The notes under the pieces are model-generated. The model saw only the letters and a program-made list of their open reading frames with translations. It searched no databases and had not been told where the DNA came from. Below are positions 22,636 through 35,000 of a stretch of 46,706 bases of DNA, one piece after another. Each line of letters opens with the position of its first letter. The stretch's first letter is position 1. A program made the translations under genes and the position numbers. Location of the stretch: the NCBI GenBank assembly GCA_000934665.2, contig KZ538802.1, forward strand, positions 1 through 46,706, read 5' to 3'. Source of the DNA: Catajapyx aquilonaris (Eukaryota).

Positions 22636-24776
22636 CATAAGGTAGATTGTTTCGATCATTATATTGACAATCATAAGTTCCATATTAATATTCACCCACT
22701 GTCAGAAGCCATCTGTCGTGATTGTTGCATCTCTTTTAACTGGTTGACTTATAGACAAGGCATTGTCCTCAACTATGCTTTAACTGCCGGAATTGAGACA
22801 ATTATATTCTCAGATTGCAAGTTAACCTTCTCATAACCGGCTCCGTTCAGTTGTCGTGAATGAAAATTTTAAAATAAAGAGAATTAGACTTGTGAACGAG
22901 GTCTGGCTGGCAAAACGGAAGCTGGTCTATTAACAATGAAGGAACAATGTGGGGCAGGAGTGCTGCAGTGTACCAACCTTTGGGGACTTGTCCTGGCAGC
23001 GACACGAAAAGCCATTGTTTCAAACGATAAATAGCTAAGGCGCACAGGTGTACGAGGCCGGCTCGTTATCATTATTAAGCGATAGGGTGCATTTGAGTCC
23101 GCCCTTGGACTGCCCAGAAGAAACATACAAAGTGGAGGACCTCCCTTCCTTTTTTTATAGGTCTGCTGGTGTTAAACCGGTTGCAAGCTGGTCGCGCAAT
23201 CTGGACGTGCGCACCACGTTCGGTCACACTATCTGATCTGCGAGGAAGTTGCAGATTGACACCTTCCCCTACGACCCCCTAGTCACCTCCTGTGGTCAGG
23301 ATTCGCGAATCTTGTAGCTGCAAATTGTTACTCACTGATAGGGTCGGATATATCGTGGGGCTATTTTGGGTCGGAGTGAAAAATGCTATACTTGTACTGT
23401 ACCGGTGCGGTGGTGATAAGGCGCGCTTAGACCAACTGATAGCACTTTGAGTGTGGTCAGGAAGTCAAATATTACAATATAATATTAATAAATTATTCGA
23501 AGCACACATGGGAATGCTGATATCATTGCTCTCTACTAATAAGTAGTCACACACAATACAATGGAAACCAAGTGGTGTCATTTGGAACGTTTAAAAATCG
23601 CAGTGTAAATGAAAGTAATGATTACATGGATTACTTTCACCAATGGTATTGAAGTATATTTACATAACAAATGTATAGGTTATGAAATGTGTATGAATGG
23701 GATATTTAGTGTCACATCTTGACATTTTTCTACTCCTACTGGTTGGCACACTTTTCAGAAATATTTTCTGCACAATGACTGTTGTTCAAAAAAGTTACAA
23801 AACACGACTTATATAGCAAGATTGTAAAAAAGAGTCGATATTAAAAAATATTTGCAATGCTGCAGCACAATGCAGCGAATTTTTTGCGTTGTTATCGGCG
23901 TGTTTAAAAGCTTTGAAGGTGACCGAACGGATTCCTGGTAACAGCTTAATACACACATATATATGGGCACTATCTAATCCGCTGACATAGCAGTGAGGTA
24001 ATTCAGTTTTAAGGAAATGAGTAGTTTTCTCATTATTAGCACCAAAGGAAGCCATAGGTAACAACAGAAAAAAAGAGCAGCTGAAAGCCTCGGGGTGTTT
24101 TACAAACGCAACATTGGGCGTTCCTAAAAGGAAGTTAGCTAAAGTTTTTGCATAGTGAGAAAACACGTTCACGTGTCTGCCCAGAGCCCAGGGGGGCTTA
24201 AGACAACGGAAATTGAACACTTTGATGGGTAATAGCCCCAAACTCCGCTACAATGTTTTAATAGGCTGGTTATAACCGGGCTGCAAACATAAAATCGCTC
24301 TCTTATCAGTTTTGCTTACAAGAAGTACGCAGCCAATTTTAGGCACGTGCTCGGAATAAATTTGGGACCCTGCCCTCCGGGCCTTATTTAGGCACAGGGT
24401 GGGTATGGGCATTTTGAGCCACCCGGTGACACACTTTTGCTCGGTTGAATCATGCTGTACGCGAGTAAAAATATTGCCATTGTAATGTGATGGCATTGTG
24501 CGAATCGGAATCAACTTTGGCGGGCTGGCGGAGTTAAATGCGCCCGCATTGTTACACGCATCAGGTGTCGCGAATTTAATTGCTTTTTCCCCACTGATTT
24601 CGCATGTAGTGTTGATGTAGCGACGATTACATGCTCGAAATAATGACTTCTCTTCAAGTGTCAATGTTGCATTGTACGAATATGGATCGACCCACAGAGT
24701 AATAATAATAATTCCCTCTATAATAATAGCCTTATTTTTTTCGCCTCCGGAACGCTCCGGAAGGAGAACTGTCCCC

Positions 24777-24849
24777 GGTGAGTGCTGCCACCTTCTGATC
24801 GCGGCGGAAAGATAGAAGGGCCCCTGGTGAGTGCTGCCACCTTCTGATC
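24777..24849 (+). repeat. 24-bp exact direct repeat, 49-bp period
   Basis: GGTGAGTGCTGCCACCTTCTGATC at 24777-24800 and 24826-24849. Confidence 0.9.
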
Positions 24850-24896
24850 ACGGCACTAAATCGTCAGGCCTTGCCAAATTTTGGCTATGGGTGCGC

Positions 24897-24972
<76 letters not shown>
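24897..24972 (+). repeat. (TAA)~25 microsatellite
   Basis: Perfect trinucleotide run ~450 nt upstream of the acceptor at 25425. Confidence 0.98.
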
Positions 24973-24973
<1 letters not shown>

Positions 24974-25330
24974 GACATGTTGTGTTTTGATACGTCACGT
25001 CATTGTCATAATCTGTCACTTTTGCATGGGTTGGGTTGACTAATGAGTATATGTAAGAAAAATGCAAGTATCTGGTTGCGATTGCAAAATCTCCAAGGCA
25101 ATTAGCTTAGCCGCTGTGCTGTAAGGCATTCCAGGCCGAGCACCGAACACAAAAGAACAATGGGCTACAAGTTTTCCTCCTACACGCGCCTTGTCTGGAG
25201 GGTCAAAATAGGGAAGGACTGATTGAAAAGCGCGTTACTTTTCCTTCACACAGGATTCTCCCCCTTTTGTTATTTGGAATAATAGACCTCCTGTGGTTTA
25301 GTCGTTGGATGGGTTGGGGGGGGGGGGGGG

Positions 25331-25345
25331 NNNNNNNNNNNNNNN
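25331..25345. other. Assembly gap (15 N) following a poly-G run
   Basis: N run directly after poly-G. Single Ns also occur next to G/C runs at 10834 and 22436. Confidence 0.95.
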
Positions 25346-25425
25346 CAAGCCCTTTTAGATCTGATGAGAACATCACCGGCCCTGAGAGATCCGTATGGGT
25401 TTTGTGACACGTGCTCTCGTTTCAG

Positions 25426-25553
25426 GATCTGCAGATTTTGTACACTTACATGCAAGGACTGGAGGCGCTGGCTCCTCTCCGGGATGCTGCTCTCTGGTCC
25501 ATTTGTCGTTCCGTGCGATACGAGAAGAGAGAGGCCAATGACATATTGTACTG
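25426..25553 (+). CDS. RAPGEF2: RAPGEF2/6 coding exon 2
   Basis: tctcgtttcAG|DLQILYTYMQGLEALAPLRDAALWSICRSVRYEKREANDILY(TG)|GTAAGT; 128 nt, phase 0 in and phase 2 out. Matches the RAPGEF2/6 pattern DLxIxYxYLxGxEALxxLR...VRYExxEANxxLY. Confidence 0.93.
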
Positions 25554-26077
25554 GTAAGTTTCACATTTCACATACATATACCGTACCTGTAAGGCTCGAT
25601 TTATCCAGAAGTGACTTGCAGGGTGGTGCACTTCCCAAATCTCAATTTTCAAAGTATAGCTAAGGGGGAAATGTTATAGAGTGTTGTGCAGCTCATCTGT
25701 AGAGCAGTGGGTACACTGTACAGATACCTATTTTTTTGTACTGAACAGGGTTCCATTTTAAGAGAGAAAAATACACTGACAATCCTACGCCAGGAGCAAG
25801 CATATAAATTCCGTAATGTCCCCAGGATTTCGGTTTTAGGAAACATCTGCAGTATGATGAAAGTGAAATAAGTGGAAACGAGGTTTTCCTTCCAGTAAAA
25901 ACGGACTAACTTGACAACTCTGTATCGACGGAAGCAAAAATGACAGCAACAAGGTCACTGTCCTTTCCATTGAAACGTGACAATGTTTTTAAAAAGATGC
26001 TAATTAATTGGCGTTGTTTTTTTTGGGTAGTTGCATTGTTGCCGATTACACCAATTGTTGCATTTTTTTGTGTTATA

Positions 26078-26289
26078 CAGGGTGTTTCAACTTTTTTGTC
26101 CGAACAGTTATCGGAAATATTGCACTATAAGCTGCTACTTTGTAAGCAGTGACTTGCAACTGGTTTGTCGGAGTAATGGGGAATATTCCCTACGAATCTT
26201 AGGTTGAAGTGGCATACGCTGCTTACAAAGTAGCAGCTTAGTGCAATATTTCCGATAACTGTTCGGACAAAAAAGTTGAAACACCCATG
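26078..26289. mobile_element. Tc1/mariner-type palindromic MITE
   Basis: TA|CAGGGTGTTTCAACTTTTTTGTCCGAACAGTTATCGGAAATATTGCACTA... is mirrored by ...GTTGAAACACCC(A)TG|TA. Arms are ~70 bp and near-perfect, with a TA target duplication. Confidence 0.85.
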
Positions 26290-28993
26290 TATTTTAAGGT
26301 TTAAGCAAATGTTTGCCTTGCATCGCCTTCAAACTCTGACTGCTACCCATTTTATCACATTGTTATGCATGTAATGTTTGCTCAAGTATAGGTATGTTAA
26401 TGCTGTGACCAGTGGGCGACATAAGCATAGGTTTTCAAACGCACCGGAAATCACTTATTAAAATCAGATGCGATTCAGATCTCGATCTCAAAAACAACAT
26501 CCTACATGTTTACCATATATGAATTAGGTATTGAGTCCTCTAAAGATTTCTTGTTGTCTCTGCTATCGATGCATGAAGCTGGTTGTATGCCTATCGCACT
26601 TTGACATTAGTTGAGTATGTCGTACTGGCAAGGACGACACCTTTTTTTTTTTTGAGGACACCTCCTGCTTGTCCATGAGAAGCACATGGCAACCACCTGT
26701 TTTGTTGACAAAAGTCGGTTCGCACTCCTCGCGCCATCTAGCCTCGGAGTAGCTGACTTCATGAGCCAACACCTGATATGCGTGCCCTCTAGTGTTCTCT
26801 CTTCGAAGCTTTGAAATGGCCCAATTAGTGACTGTTGTAGGCCAACTCCATTAGGCTGGAGTCTTAAGTAGAGGCCGACCTGAGTAGGAAGTGTGACATG
26901 CCCTCGTTTGGAGTAATTGGGGCTAAAAACTCCAACCGCCCGCGCCCACTGGAAACAAGGACGTCCTTCGTCAACTGAACTGTCACACATACCCTTTTTC
27001 TTCTTCTTTTTTTTTTGGAGGGTAATTGCTGGGTCAGGGTTGGGCCAAGTTTGCGGATGTAATCTTGCAAGGGTTGGATATATACTTGGCAATTTTGGTA
27101 TTGAGAGCGGTTGGCCACCAGGGAACGTTATTTACATTGGCGGAGGATTGGATCACCAGGGGCAATTGGCATTTTGGCGCGTTTCCTGCCGATTAGCTTT
27201 GCCGGTAGCGGTAACGGAAGTGCCAATTTTTTGTTGTAATTGGGCAATAATTGAAGGCCTTCCGGACTACCGGCGCGTACTGGGCTTAACTAGCATACAG
27301 GGTGTTGTACTGCCCAAGGGAGTACACGCTCTCCTTTACTAATATGGACATGTTACCGCATATTGCAATTTGTTCTGCTGTAGTTTAAATTGACTCACCT
27401 TCTGGTAATATTCGGCCTTCCTATATTTAGATCGTGTTAGAAGCAGTGCAATTACATGTCAACTACCAGCATCCAACTATCTGGAGAATCGCAGAACGTT
27501 GTCCGCAGCAACTAATTGAGTACAAGAGGCACAGTGGTAGGCACCGCAGGCATTGTTATGAAACATCCGATTGCGTCGCATAATCATTAGAGTTCTCCTC
27601 GAAATTCTGCGGCGCGCCTGCAATGTAGGCTAATTAATTGCCAGCCGAGCGAAAATTAATGATATCACTGAGTAGTAAAAGGAGGAAACACTCCATTTCT
27701 AGCCAGCGTCGACATTTGGCGCGGAACAGTGTTGAAATTTGTCCGATGACCATTTTTAAAAGTAAAATTATGCAAACGTGTATGCAACTTTTTGAGCGTG
27801 AAATTAATTTACGAAGTTTTAATTTATCCAATTTTTGGCAGTAAGCCCAATGTCGTGAAATAATAAAATTTTCTTCGTCGGTGCATTTCCAGCAAGGAAT
27901 TTTTCCATCGCAATTTCATTTCGCTAGATTGCCAGTTGAATGGGGGCATGGCGACAGGTGTATGAGAACGATAATGGCTGGCACATGCTTCCACATCCAG
28001 TATGTGCCTCCTGACAAATCCGAGGCACGTGCAGAGAGGAGGGGGACATATACCATTAGGATTCAAGGTGGGCAGTGTGATTCAGCAGCATGTGTTCTGG
28101 AGAACTGTAGGTGTCGTGTGTTCCTCTCTCTTCCTCCCCCGCTTGGAATCGATTGGAAAGGCCATAATCCACCAGCATCCCTGCAAGTCCCCTTCCTGAA
28201 TAATGAAGCCAGGCTGTAGGGTGGGATGATGTGGGAGGGGAAGGGTGGGTACTTTGCACGGACGCAGTCCCGGAAATTACACCTTCAGCTTTTCCCCCCC
28301 TTCCTCTTTATAGTCTCGGAGTATTACTGGCAGGCAGTCAAGGGGGTCCGAAGGAAGGACAAGAGTTTGCGTGATCATATATTGCTTCATTTATTGGACT
28401 GTTTATACAACGGACGTGTGACTCACCCTGACTTATTTGTGAGGGCTGCCACCTTCTATGTCGATATTGGGTCTCGTAAAGTCTGACCTGTTTATGGCTC
28501 GTACGCTGGATGTAACGATAACCTGTTCTGTATGGAAATATTTGTTTGTTGATGTCCGCAGCACATTGCCCCTGCCACGCGCTGACCCGTCATACACAGG
28601 GAGCTTGTTGGTTGCCAGCAAGCCAGGATGAAATTCGCGACTGGCACCGAGTATCGAACCGAAAATAGGACTGAATTATCCTGTGGGAAAATAGTGGGGG
28701 TGGGTGTGGTATATAAAGGGAAAAAAAGCAAAGAGGAGAAGCACGCGAGACAGGCCTTTGAACGATAGCAAGGTTGGAGGGGGGCGCCACCGCCTTTCAT
28801 AAATAGCTGGCTTGCCCCAGCGTCATGGCAACGGGAAACTAATGGCGTTAGCAGCACGACGAGCTGCCAGTGCCCACCCTTTTTGCACAGGTTCAACCTC
28901 AAAGTCTAGACGCTTTTTGGGGAGGTTGGAGTGTGTTTGTGTGTATCTGCTGGATTGACATACACGACCTTTTTGTTTTGTTTGTGTTTGCAG

Positions 28994-29077
28994 CCGTGGG
29001 GAGCTGTGCGCTTGCTGGTTCATCCTGCTTTCCGGGTCGGTCTTCATCGACGGATCCATGTTTCTACCCAGATCAAG
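28994..29077 (+). CDS. RAPGEF2: RAPGEF2/6 coding exon 3 (N-terminal cNMP-binding-like domain)
   Basis: ttgtgtttgcAG|(C)RGELCACWFILLSGSVFIDGSMFLPRS(AG)|GTAAGA; 84 nt, phase 2 in and out. Near-identical to the conserved CW(Y/F)ILLSGSVFIxxSMFLPRSS motif, and phase-compatible with the previous exon. Confidence 0.95.
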
Positions 29078-32000
29078 GTAAGAAGCTTACCATATACTTT
29101 GATATACATGTGTGAGGTCAACTCCGATTTGACCCCCTTTTTCGGCTCCCATGCGAGGTTTGTTTCTGTCGGTTGACGGAAGATGGCGGACGATGTATGC
29201 GTGTGATAGAACCAGTTACGAGGAGTCGTAACTTTTATGGCTTCTGGGTTATTATGCAGTCGTCCGGAGGAATGACAGGTCTCGGTGCTTTTCGTGAAAA
29301 CCGCTCAGGCAAATGGCAGCCTGATGGACGGGATACGGAGAGTGTTTATGGCCTTCATTACTGCCAAAAGGTATCAGAATCTGGCCACTGATTAGCACGC
29401 TATACTACCACTCTGGATTGTTTTCAGTGGTTTTCACTTTACCTGTTTTAAGGCCAGGTTGCATCGACGGTTTGCGGTTATTAAATGTTTAACCATTAAG
29501 TGGAAATTGATTGCAATGCCATGGCTGAAATGGTGCATTTTACTTCTTCCAGTTATTCAGTCAAAATAAAATGTTCCATCTAAAGTAAGCAAGAGAGAAA
29601 AACTAATCGAAATGTGTCTGGGACGAAATGGCACGATGGTGTTTATTCTGGCGATTGACACACCGTTTCAAAGACCAATTTCGAGTGGGCGTGGGTGTAG
29701 TTAAGGCAAAGTCAACAGCATCGAAGTAGCAATTCCAGAAATGCAATCGTTATTTTTGGGAGCCCACAAGGGTTTCCAGGAAACATCAGTGAACCATTGT
29801 ATCGACGTGTGTGTTGGAATCCGGGGCGCTTAAGCCTCCTTGACACTTGTTTCTCTCACTCAATTGGTTCCGGCCATGTTTTGTGGGAGGGAAGGAACGA
29901 AACAGCCCAGAATTCCGTCTGCCTCTTTTCACCCCCCCTAAAAAGAATCGCTGACTCGTCTTGGAAAAGGATGTTAAAAAAAAAAAAAGGAAGTAGAGAA
30001 GACAAAACCAGAGATGAAAGGATGACCCGTTCCGCTCTTTTCTCTCTCAGATCCATCTCAGGACAGAAATCAGGTTTCAAAAAGTGAGGCGGAAGAAAAC
30101 GAACTCAAATTGGGACTGAAGGCTGGTTCGACATTTTAAGAGATTACAGACATTTTGAGTATTCCGACCCAGGGCCTCGGTTCATCCGAGATTCACAGTC
30201 TAACTGAAAATCATGGTTCTTTCTTAGCCAAGGATTCCCAAATAATCCCGTCATCGAGCGTTTGACAGCGTTAGCTATATACATGTGCGTTTCTTGCTTC
30301 TGTGAAAGTTTCGTGCTCAGGAAGGCTGTTAGGGTGATGGAAAGGGCGGGGGAAGGAATAGGAAGGGGGTGGATTCTATGAAAAATGTAAGGTTCCACAC
30401 GACCTCCCCATCTCGGGGAGTGGGAAGTTTAGTGCTGTTGCATGCAAGGGGCAATTGGAGGGTGATCCACACCAGGGGGGGACCCACATGATCATCAATC
30501 CGCGTTTTTTTAAAGGCAGCCATTGGACGTGAATTCTACCCCCTGAATGGGATACCAATCGATGGAAGCGGATCGGGACACGGAAAAAAAAAGTGCGGTG
30601 GAGCTCATTGGGACGGAAAGGAAATGCTACGATCATAGTACATTTCCAGCTTTTTATTTAGTAGCGAACAAGTTGCCTAAATTTGGCAACACTGCCCGAT
30701 CCGTTGGACGCAGTATGATATGCCACAACAAGACGGCACTCATCTTTCCTCTCTGAACACTACCACTCCCATCTGGTTACTATGGTCACTACGTGCACTT
30801 TGGTGATGGGTCAACGCGTGTATGGACAAAGTCACGCATAATTAATTCTATATAGTAGGTTACAGTATATGATGATTTACCTGGGGTTATCTCGTAACGG
30901 TAAGTTTCCAGACTGGAGGAATGGCACTGCGTCACCTGCTATACATTTGAATGAACGAATTCGAGGCTTCCAAGTTTGGAAGTTGGATGACATTTTCTCC
31001 AGGAATGAAGATGGGGCCGGTGAAAATGAGCTCAAAGTAAAATTTATTCGGGTGTTTCCGAGTCATCAGACAATTTGGAGGGCTTCATCCTGCCACGGGT
31101 GACTTCTCCGGCTCATATTTTCCCATCATGTCACTGAACTTGATCCGGAGGCGAAAGAAAGGGGGGGAAAACCGGAGTGATTTATAAACCTTCTGGGCTT
31201 GACGGGTCTTTCATTGAATATTCCATCTCCTGGCTCGCTTTTCAAGATTGTGTACTGCATATAAGGCTGCATTGTATTGTTATACTGATTAACAAAGTAA
31301 GCTGCTGGAGTCCAATTTATTTTCCTTCCCCATTGTCGTCGAACCCTCTCAGCCCGAGGGTACTTTCCAAGTGTAATGGGAGTTCACTAACATATTTTAC
31401 GTAATGTATTCATAACATGAGCGGGGGGTTTATGCATAATATTTTGCAGCATACGGTGTTATCAACATCCATGTAATCGAGCAAGGAAACTACAAGTTAT
31501 CTTAAAAAGTTCCGCAGCATCTCCCGATTGGGAAAGTTTTAAGTTCTGAGGAGTCGTTGACCAGCCCGAGGCATCAGCAGCGGAGTCGACTTTTTTTCCG
31601 GGTTTTCCACGTGGAAAAGATGAATTTTACCTCTTCCCTCCATTCGATATACTGTACGTATGTATAGCCCCCCTTTTTTCTTCCTTCGCCGTTTGAAATC
31701 GTGGCCGAACAAACTTTTCCACATTTTAGCCCGAAGCTGTAGGGATTCTGGAGATGAAGTGGCGTCAACTTTATATTTTCTCCTTCCATCCTCCTCCTCC
31801 TTTTTGCCATATTTCGCGCATTGTGAGGGGCCCCCCCACCAATTTGTCGAGCCCCATGTAAATTTGCTTTGGGACGAGGTGACCTTTTTTTCATTCTTGG
31901 CGAAGTCTCGGAGACGCTCTTGGAGAGATTGATTGTATTGGGCCACCTCTTGGGACAACGCGGTTCATTTGCGACGAATTTTATAGGACCGCCTCAGTAT

Positions 32001-35000
32001 TTGTAATGCGATTCAAGAAGGCACAAAAAGGAAGCGTCCTTGTTCTAACAAGTTTGTGCCCTACTTTTTTCCGTACAAAAAAATGCGAATTTGGTACTTC
32101 TGTAGTTTATAAACGGTCAATTTTCCGCAACTTGATTAGTCAGCTATCTGCTGCTGGGAAAGGTTCACGGACGGGAGCACAAGACGACAATCAAATATGC
32201 AGTGTATGTCAATTACCGGGAATGGCAAGCAGCAGGAGACGCTCCGACGTAGATGACAAGATATGCCGAGGTTTGAATTGTGTGATGGGGAGGGTCGTGT
32301 AATTAGCTGATGTGAGAGGAGTGGAATTCTGCCCCGGGGCCTATCAAATGGCCAGAAAATGTTCAAGGTTGACTTCTCGCTGAGGGAAAATCAGCGTTCA
32401 TATTTAATGCTGGGTATGGTAAATACACAGTCACTGGTAGACATTGTAGAAGAAGAAGAAAAAAAAAAGTAGGCGAAAGGAGAGCAGAGTAAGGCCTGAA
32501 GGCGTGGCTTTTCTCGAGTGTATGTATTTTCTGGCACAGGTCTGGCCAGAATTGCTTCGTGATTGAGGTCGTGGCTCTTTCCATGCATGTAGCTGAAGGC
32601 GAGGAGATGGCCCACATGCCGGATTCTATTTGGGAAAAAAACGGGTTGGATCTAAAGGCCTCCGGGGAATCGCTTTTGTAGGCGGTTCTGGGCGTGCTTC
32701 TAACCTTTGAACTGTCGTAAGTGTCACTGAAGCATTTCGCAGTTTTTGGCCCTTCCCTACAAAACAAAGTGGCCATTACAAATGGAATGCCACGAGCAAG
32801 GTCGCAGATTGTTTTTCAGTTGGCAAACTAATTGCTACATTTTTTCATCAGAACGACAGTATGTGCGGCGTGTACTGGAAGGACAAAGTTGCTGTCCAAG
32901 CATGTCTTCTGGCACACAATGAAAGAGAAAACCACCGGAAGGATCTGTGGATAGCTATTTATAAAAGGTGAATATAAAATGACAAAAATGAGTGCAGCAA
33001 GGCGGACACATTTCCGGTCCCGCAAGGATCCGTTTTTGCGGTTGCTTTGACGCAGGTCGTGGCTCTACATAGATCTGGTACAGGGAAGAAGTTTTTGGAG
33101 GACGAATCTCCTGCGGTTTTCCTCGAGGCAGAAGGAATTCCAGTCGGTGCAATCAGATCCCAAATTTTTTTTGTTGAGGTGGACCGTGTCCAAATCGAAA
33201 GGGCGGAAACCTTATATAGAATGAGCGTGTGCCAGTGAGCTGTAACCTGTCAGGCAGACACTCTTTTGTTGCAGTTATAGCCAGTTCTGCTCGAGATTTT
33301 TGTGGCGGAAGAGAGCAATTTTGGAGCCCATAAAAAGGAGCTTCCCATGAATTGGATGGGAGGGGACAATGACTGGTTTCTTTTTCACGTTTTGATTCCA
33401 GCTGTACTGTACATGGTTAAGCGCCGACTGCACCTTTGCAAATCATGCTGTCCTGTCAAGCCGTCCACAGGTCCACACCCAGTTGTGAACAGGGTAAGGA
33501 CACACCCTGTGGCCGAACAAGCCAGATTAGTGTTTTACGAGTCATGTGCCAGTAGATGGAGCGCGCAGTGTGCAGGCAAAGCAATGGGACGTGTGCGTCT
33601 GTCAGTCAGATTTCGTCACATACATGCAGTTGGCGGCGCAGACCGGCCATCCTTGAAGGGGTCCATCGAAGCGTGCATGTTCCGCAAGGTAGAGACCCCT
33701 GGTGGTGGGAAAAACCCCGCCTGCCATTATACACTGGGGAGGGATGGGACTGGGAGAGAGTTTCAGTAGTCAGGACTCTGGGTCCGCTTCTGGCTGACTT
33801 ATAGGTGCTGCTCTATCATTGTTGGGCATGCAGTGACCTGTGTTCGGAGGTGACAAACTGGAGGACACCGTGGCTACTACCCATCAGGAGCAGGAGGGAC
33901 ACGGGGAGGACAGGTGTGTAAACACAACACCATTTTTTTAAAACCTCTTATGCCTGTTGTGTTCCTCCCACTCAGCCTTGCTGGACAGGTTATGGTACCG
34001 TGCGAGCAACAAGTTGGGGGTTTCGATGAGAAAGTGGCAGGCAGGATGTTAGTCATCGTGTGAATCTGGCCGTTTCGCATTGGGAGTTAAATAAGACATT
34101 TTGAACCTGTGGTGTCGAAAAGACTGTACTCTTGCAGATTATTATAATATGTTGCGTATATTTAGCACAGGATGTCAGATTAATTGGAAGCATTTATTTG
34201 CCCTGGAGTACTATTTGGTAATGACCCCTCCGGACGTGTCAGCACGCTCGATAGGGTTCGCAGAAAATGTCCCCTCTCGAATCGCGTTGCAACAACATAT
34301 CCATTACATCGGTCAGGTCATGCGCCAAGTGGAAAAATTGACTGCGGGGCACGTTTGTGTGTACGGAGTCCAGCTGGAAATCAATGGGCGAGCTGCATGT
34401 GGAGGGTGGGTTGGGGGGTGAGCCCGCCGGTGTAATATGGTTGCTGGGATTTGAAGCGATTACCATCGGTACACTCGGGGCCAAAAGTCCAAGCCGGGGT
34501 ACTTGCTAATCCGCATCCAGAAGTAGATTTAAAAAAACGTGGACGCGTGCGTCATGCCGCTTCTTGATAGCGGGGCTATGTTTTTGCATGTTATCGCCTA
34601 TGGGGCCCCAGGATGCAGCGTAACTGTTGTTTCAATTGCGGTGTGTGTGTGTGTGTACACGGAACGGTAACATGCTGCTGTGGACATTTCCTTTCCGTTC
34701 TCATTCACATCCACAAAAGGGAATCCAATCCGAACCACGCGGTGAAAGCTGGACTGCAATTGCGATAGGTAGGAAACTGGCAGAAAATGTTGGATATCGT
34801 AATGAGCACGTCAGGCGCGTAATTGAGCCAAATGTAATTAAAGGGCACGTAGTGAAACCTGACCAGAGTTTTTCATAATGAGCGACACATTTTTTTAAAA
34901 AAGAAAGAATTTGCTCTAAGCCATGTAACGGTTACTGTCCAGCGAAGTGTTGTCATTCATCTGACCGGCAACTGTAACAATTCAGTGGACAAAACATTGC

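Noticed and set aside
25310..25345. Poly-G tract pairing with poly-C at 22406-22419
   Set aside because: Homopolymer runs are common throughout the window, and this one abuts an assembly gap, so its length is unreliable.
32529..32681. Next RAPGEF exon or a SET-like fragment (FWHRSGQNCFVIEVVAL...GEEM)
   Set aside because: No suitable acceptor or phase, and only a few residues resemble the expected FGKR...ECxVLEPSEM. Likely chance.
33047..33238. Walker A-like SGTGKKFL in a short ORF
   Set aside because: A single imperfect motif with no supporting Walker B or exon structure.
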